Assembly: GCA_051652765.1 (NCBI GenBank)
Contig: JBOFUV010000148.1
Span: 49,341 to 113,340, forward strand
Source: Microcoleaceae cyanobacterium
GTDB lineage: Bacteria > Cyanobacteriota > Cyanobacteriia > Cyanobacteriales > Microcoleaceae
DNA: 64,000 nucleotides
Direction of reading: 5' to 3'
Shown one piece after another: positions 61,882-64,000 of this stretch (its first letter is position 1; each line of letters opens with the position of its first letter). A program made the position numbers and the translations under genes. The notes under the pieces are model-generated. The model searched no databases, was not told the origin of the DNA, and saw nothing but the letters and a program-made list of their open reading frames with translations.

Positions 61882-64000
61882 GGGATTAAACCCCGTTCGA
61901 CATCGCGGTAGGCGTTGAGGGCGGCTTGTTTGGTGGGGGCGGGGACGATGGGAAAGGTGCTGAGGATATGGGCAAATTCGATTTCGGTGAGCTGATAGAG
62001 ATGGGCGATGATGCCATCGAGTTCGGCGCGGAGCTTGGCGCGATCGACTTCGTTGGTAATATGACCCTCATTAGCCCTCACCCTAAATCCCTCTCCCAAA
62101 GAGGGAGAGGGACTTTGAAATTCCGGTTCCCCTTCGCCCCCCTTGGGAGAAGGGGTTAGGGGATGAGGGCAAACCTCCGCCCACAGGTCGTCAAATTCGG
62201 GGGTGGTGCAGATCAGCTTGGCAGCGCGATCGACGATTGCGGCGAACCATTTGTCGCCCTCCTGAAGCCGAGGAACAGGAAGTTGATAAAGGAAGAAAAA
62301 CGTCAGGTTAGTTGTAACTCGTTGGCGAATCAAATAGTCAATAATAAATGAGTTGAGAATGCAACAGAAGAATAATTCTGACTGGTAACTGATCTGTTCT
62401 TTAGAATCTCGAATTATTACTGTAGGTATTTTATGATTGCAAAATACTTGTCTTGGGAGCATTGTTATAATTGCAGTTCTCTGATCAGTATTTCTAGCAA
62501 TATCTCTAAATCCAAGCCGATAGGTTTGGTAACTTAGTATTTGCCCAAGATCTTCTTCACCGCGTTTAATTAATGCTGTTCTAGCTTCGCTTTCATCTAA
62601 CCAATACTTAGGTTGTCCCCACTGATGGGTGAACTGGTGAATCATCTTGCCTTCGTAGAGCGGCAGTCGCCCCGGTGCTGGCTCCGGCTTGAACAGATGA
62701 CTGTCACTCGTCATATTCAACTCTTGGCACAGTTTCAGATTCCACTTGCCGTCAATCTTTTCGCCCAGCAAGGGGAATTGCAGCATCTTTTGGGCAATGG
62801 TGATGTCGATCGGTTGCTTAAACTCCATCACCGACAGCGAATCTGGCGATAGCTTGCGGATGAGCGGCACATCTAAGTAAATATCATCAACTGCTGGAAA
62901 TTGAGCAAGTTCAGCAATATCATGACGCATAAAGCGCACTGGGAAGGCTTGAGTATTGCCCCCTTTTTCAAAAGTCAAAATTACAAACTTAAAGCGACTA
63001 TCCACACCCTCAAAAATTGCCTTGCGATTTTCAAAGCAAAATAAGCCTGTCACTTCAGTTTGAGAAAACAGCATTTCTCGTAACTGCTTTGTGCCCAAAT
63101 CCGTATAAATTCCGCTAGGAATAACAATGCCACATTCTCCACCCTTTCGTAATAGGTTAAAGCATTGCTCAGTGAATAAGAAATAAAGGTTGACTTTTCT
63201 TGCAACACTTTTTCCACCCATTTCAGAGCGCTGATTGTGGTACTGTTCAGCTTTTTTAAAATACTGGCTAACATAAGGAAACTGGCTACAATAACTTAGC
63301 CAAGCTTCAGAAATTTCAGGATCTTGTAAGAGTTGATCGCGCTGCTTTTCCCAAGACTTAATGTCCAGTTTCTTCTTGCGAATTAGGTTATCATATCGCT
63401 GAAAGAACTCCTTCTCATCCGTTTGAAATACTTCCCACGGTGGATTCGTAATAATCGCATCAAACCCACCCCGCTCAAACACCTTATCAAAGTGGTAGCC
63501 CCAGTGAAACGGCTCCAGGGCATTGATATCAGCAATGGTTAGCAGTCGTTTTTGGGGTTTGCCCGTCAGTTGGGCTTGTTCATACTTAATCCGCAAGCGA
63601 TTGCTAAATTCATCCAGCAAGAGTTGATTCAGTTTGGCTTGGGATTCACGGTTGAGCTTATCGATGTGATCCCGCAGTTGTAATAACCGCGTTTCCTGGG
63701 GTAGTTCCTCATCCTCTTTCTGGAAAGCGTGTTTTTTATAGAGTTCAATACCGGCATTTTTATCCTCCAGAATTTGTTGATAAGCCGAAGCCGCTAACGG
63801 CTGCAACAAATTCCCTTGCAAAACGCCCTCACCCCCAGCCCCTCTCCCAGAACGGGAGAGGGGAGCAGAAAGGCGATCGAATCCTTCGGCATCCACTCGG
63901 ATCAGTCCAATTAACGAGTTCCCCGCCATGATGTTGAAATCAATATTCGGCAGCGGTTCTAGATCATTGACGGTTTTTGCTGAAGAGACTAACGCCAAAA
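61878..64000 (-). CDS. Type IIG (Eco57I-like) RM enzyme, MTase plus specificity region (5-prime part outside window)
   Basis: PLPNIDFNIMAGNSLIG, GFDAIITNPPW, FENRKAIFEGVDSRFKF, PLYEGKMIHQF, RAELDGIIAHLY. Confidence 0.85.
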   Translation of the reverse strand, partial: LALVSSAKTVNDLEPLPNIDFNIMAGNSLIGLIRVDAEGFDRLSAPLSRSGRGAGGEGVLQGNLLQPLAASAYQQILEDKNAGIELYKKHAFQKEDEELPQETRLLQLRDHIDKLNRESQAKLNQLLLDEFSNRLRIKYEQAQLTGKPQKRLLTIADINALEPFHWGYHFDKVFERGGFDAIITNPPWEVFQTDEKEFFQRYDNLIRKKKLDIKSWEKQRDQLLQDPEISEAWLSYCSQFPYVSQYFKKAEQYHNQRSEMGGKSVARKVNLYFLFTEQCFNLLRKGGECGIVIPSGIYTDLGTKQLREMLFSQTEVTGLFCFENRKAIFEGVDSRFKFVILTFEKGGNTQAFPVRFMRHDIAELAQFPAVDDIYLDVPLIRKLSPDSLSVMEFKQPIDITIAQKMLQFPLLGEKIDGKWNLKLCQELNMTSDSHLFKPEPAPGRLPLYEGKMIHQFTHQWGQPKYWLDESEARTALIKRGEEDLGQILSYQTYRLGFRDIARNTDQRTAIITMLPRQVFCNHKIPTVIIRDSKEQISYQSELFFCCILNSFIIDYLIRQRVTTNLTFFFLYQLPVPRLQEGDKWFAAIVDRAAKLICTTPEFDDLWAEVCPHPLTPSPKGGEGEPEFQSPSPSLGEGFRVRANEGHITNEVDRAKLRAELDGIIAHLYQLTEIEFAHILSTFPIVPAPTKQAALNAYRDVERGLIP
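62074..62170. repeat. Composite MITE-like hairpin element inside RM coding frame
   Basis: Ends gccctca...tgagggc; two internal hairpins; encodes PHPLTPSPKGGEGEPEFQSPSPSLGEGFRVRA. Confidence 0.75.
63825..63866. repeat. GC-rich hairpin short dispersed repeat within RM coding frame
   Basis: gccctcacccccagcccctctcccagaacgggagaggggagc; encodes APLSRSGRGAGGEG. Confidence 0.7.

Overview
Cyanobacterial chromosomal window (psaD, ycf54, heme oxygenase, bioU, frequent HIP1 GCGATCGC). About 2.4-55 kb is mostly housekeeping: msrA, pdxJ, comA/comEA, iscS, hemL, pilB-pilT-pilC, bioU, mutY, rpsL-rpsG-fusA-tuf-rpsJ, ho1, psaD, trpE and an alpha-2-macroglobulin. Both ends carry restriction-modification (RM) genes followed by toxin-antitoxin (TA) genes. 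The main find is 55.2-61.9 kb on the minus strand. Directly downstream of a type IIG/Eco57I-like RM gene lies a co-oriented array of nine TA modules: 4 MNT-HEPN, 3 XisH-XisI and 2 DUF4258-DUF2283-like, two of them broken by one deletion. The modules are punctuated by eight 95-155 bp direct repeats plus one vestige. Each repeat translates to the C-terminal tail of a type IIG RM enzyme ((S)KPIxDEIDRVLAQHYGFTxEELDFIINYDIKYRMG...). The repeats often begin at a HIP1/CGATCG site, and several supply the RBS and stop/start overlap for the next cassette. No integrase or cas gene is visible. This looks like an RM-anchored, integron-like cassette array; the mechanism is inferred. All family assignments come from motif recognition, not database searches.
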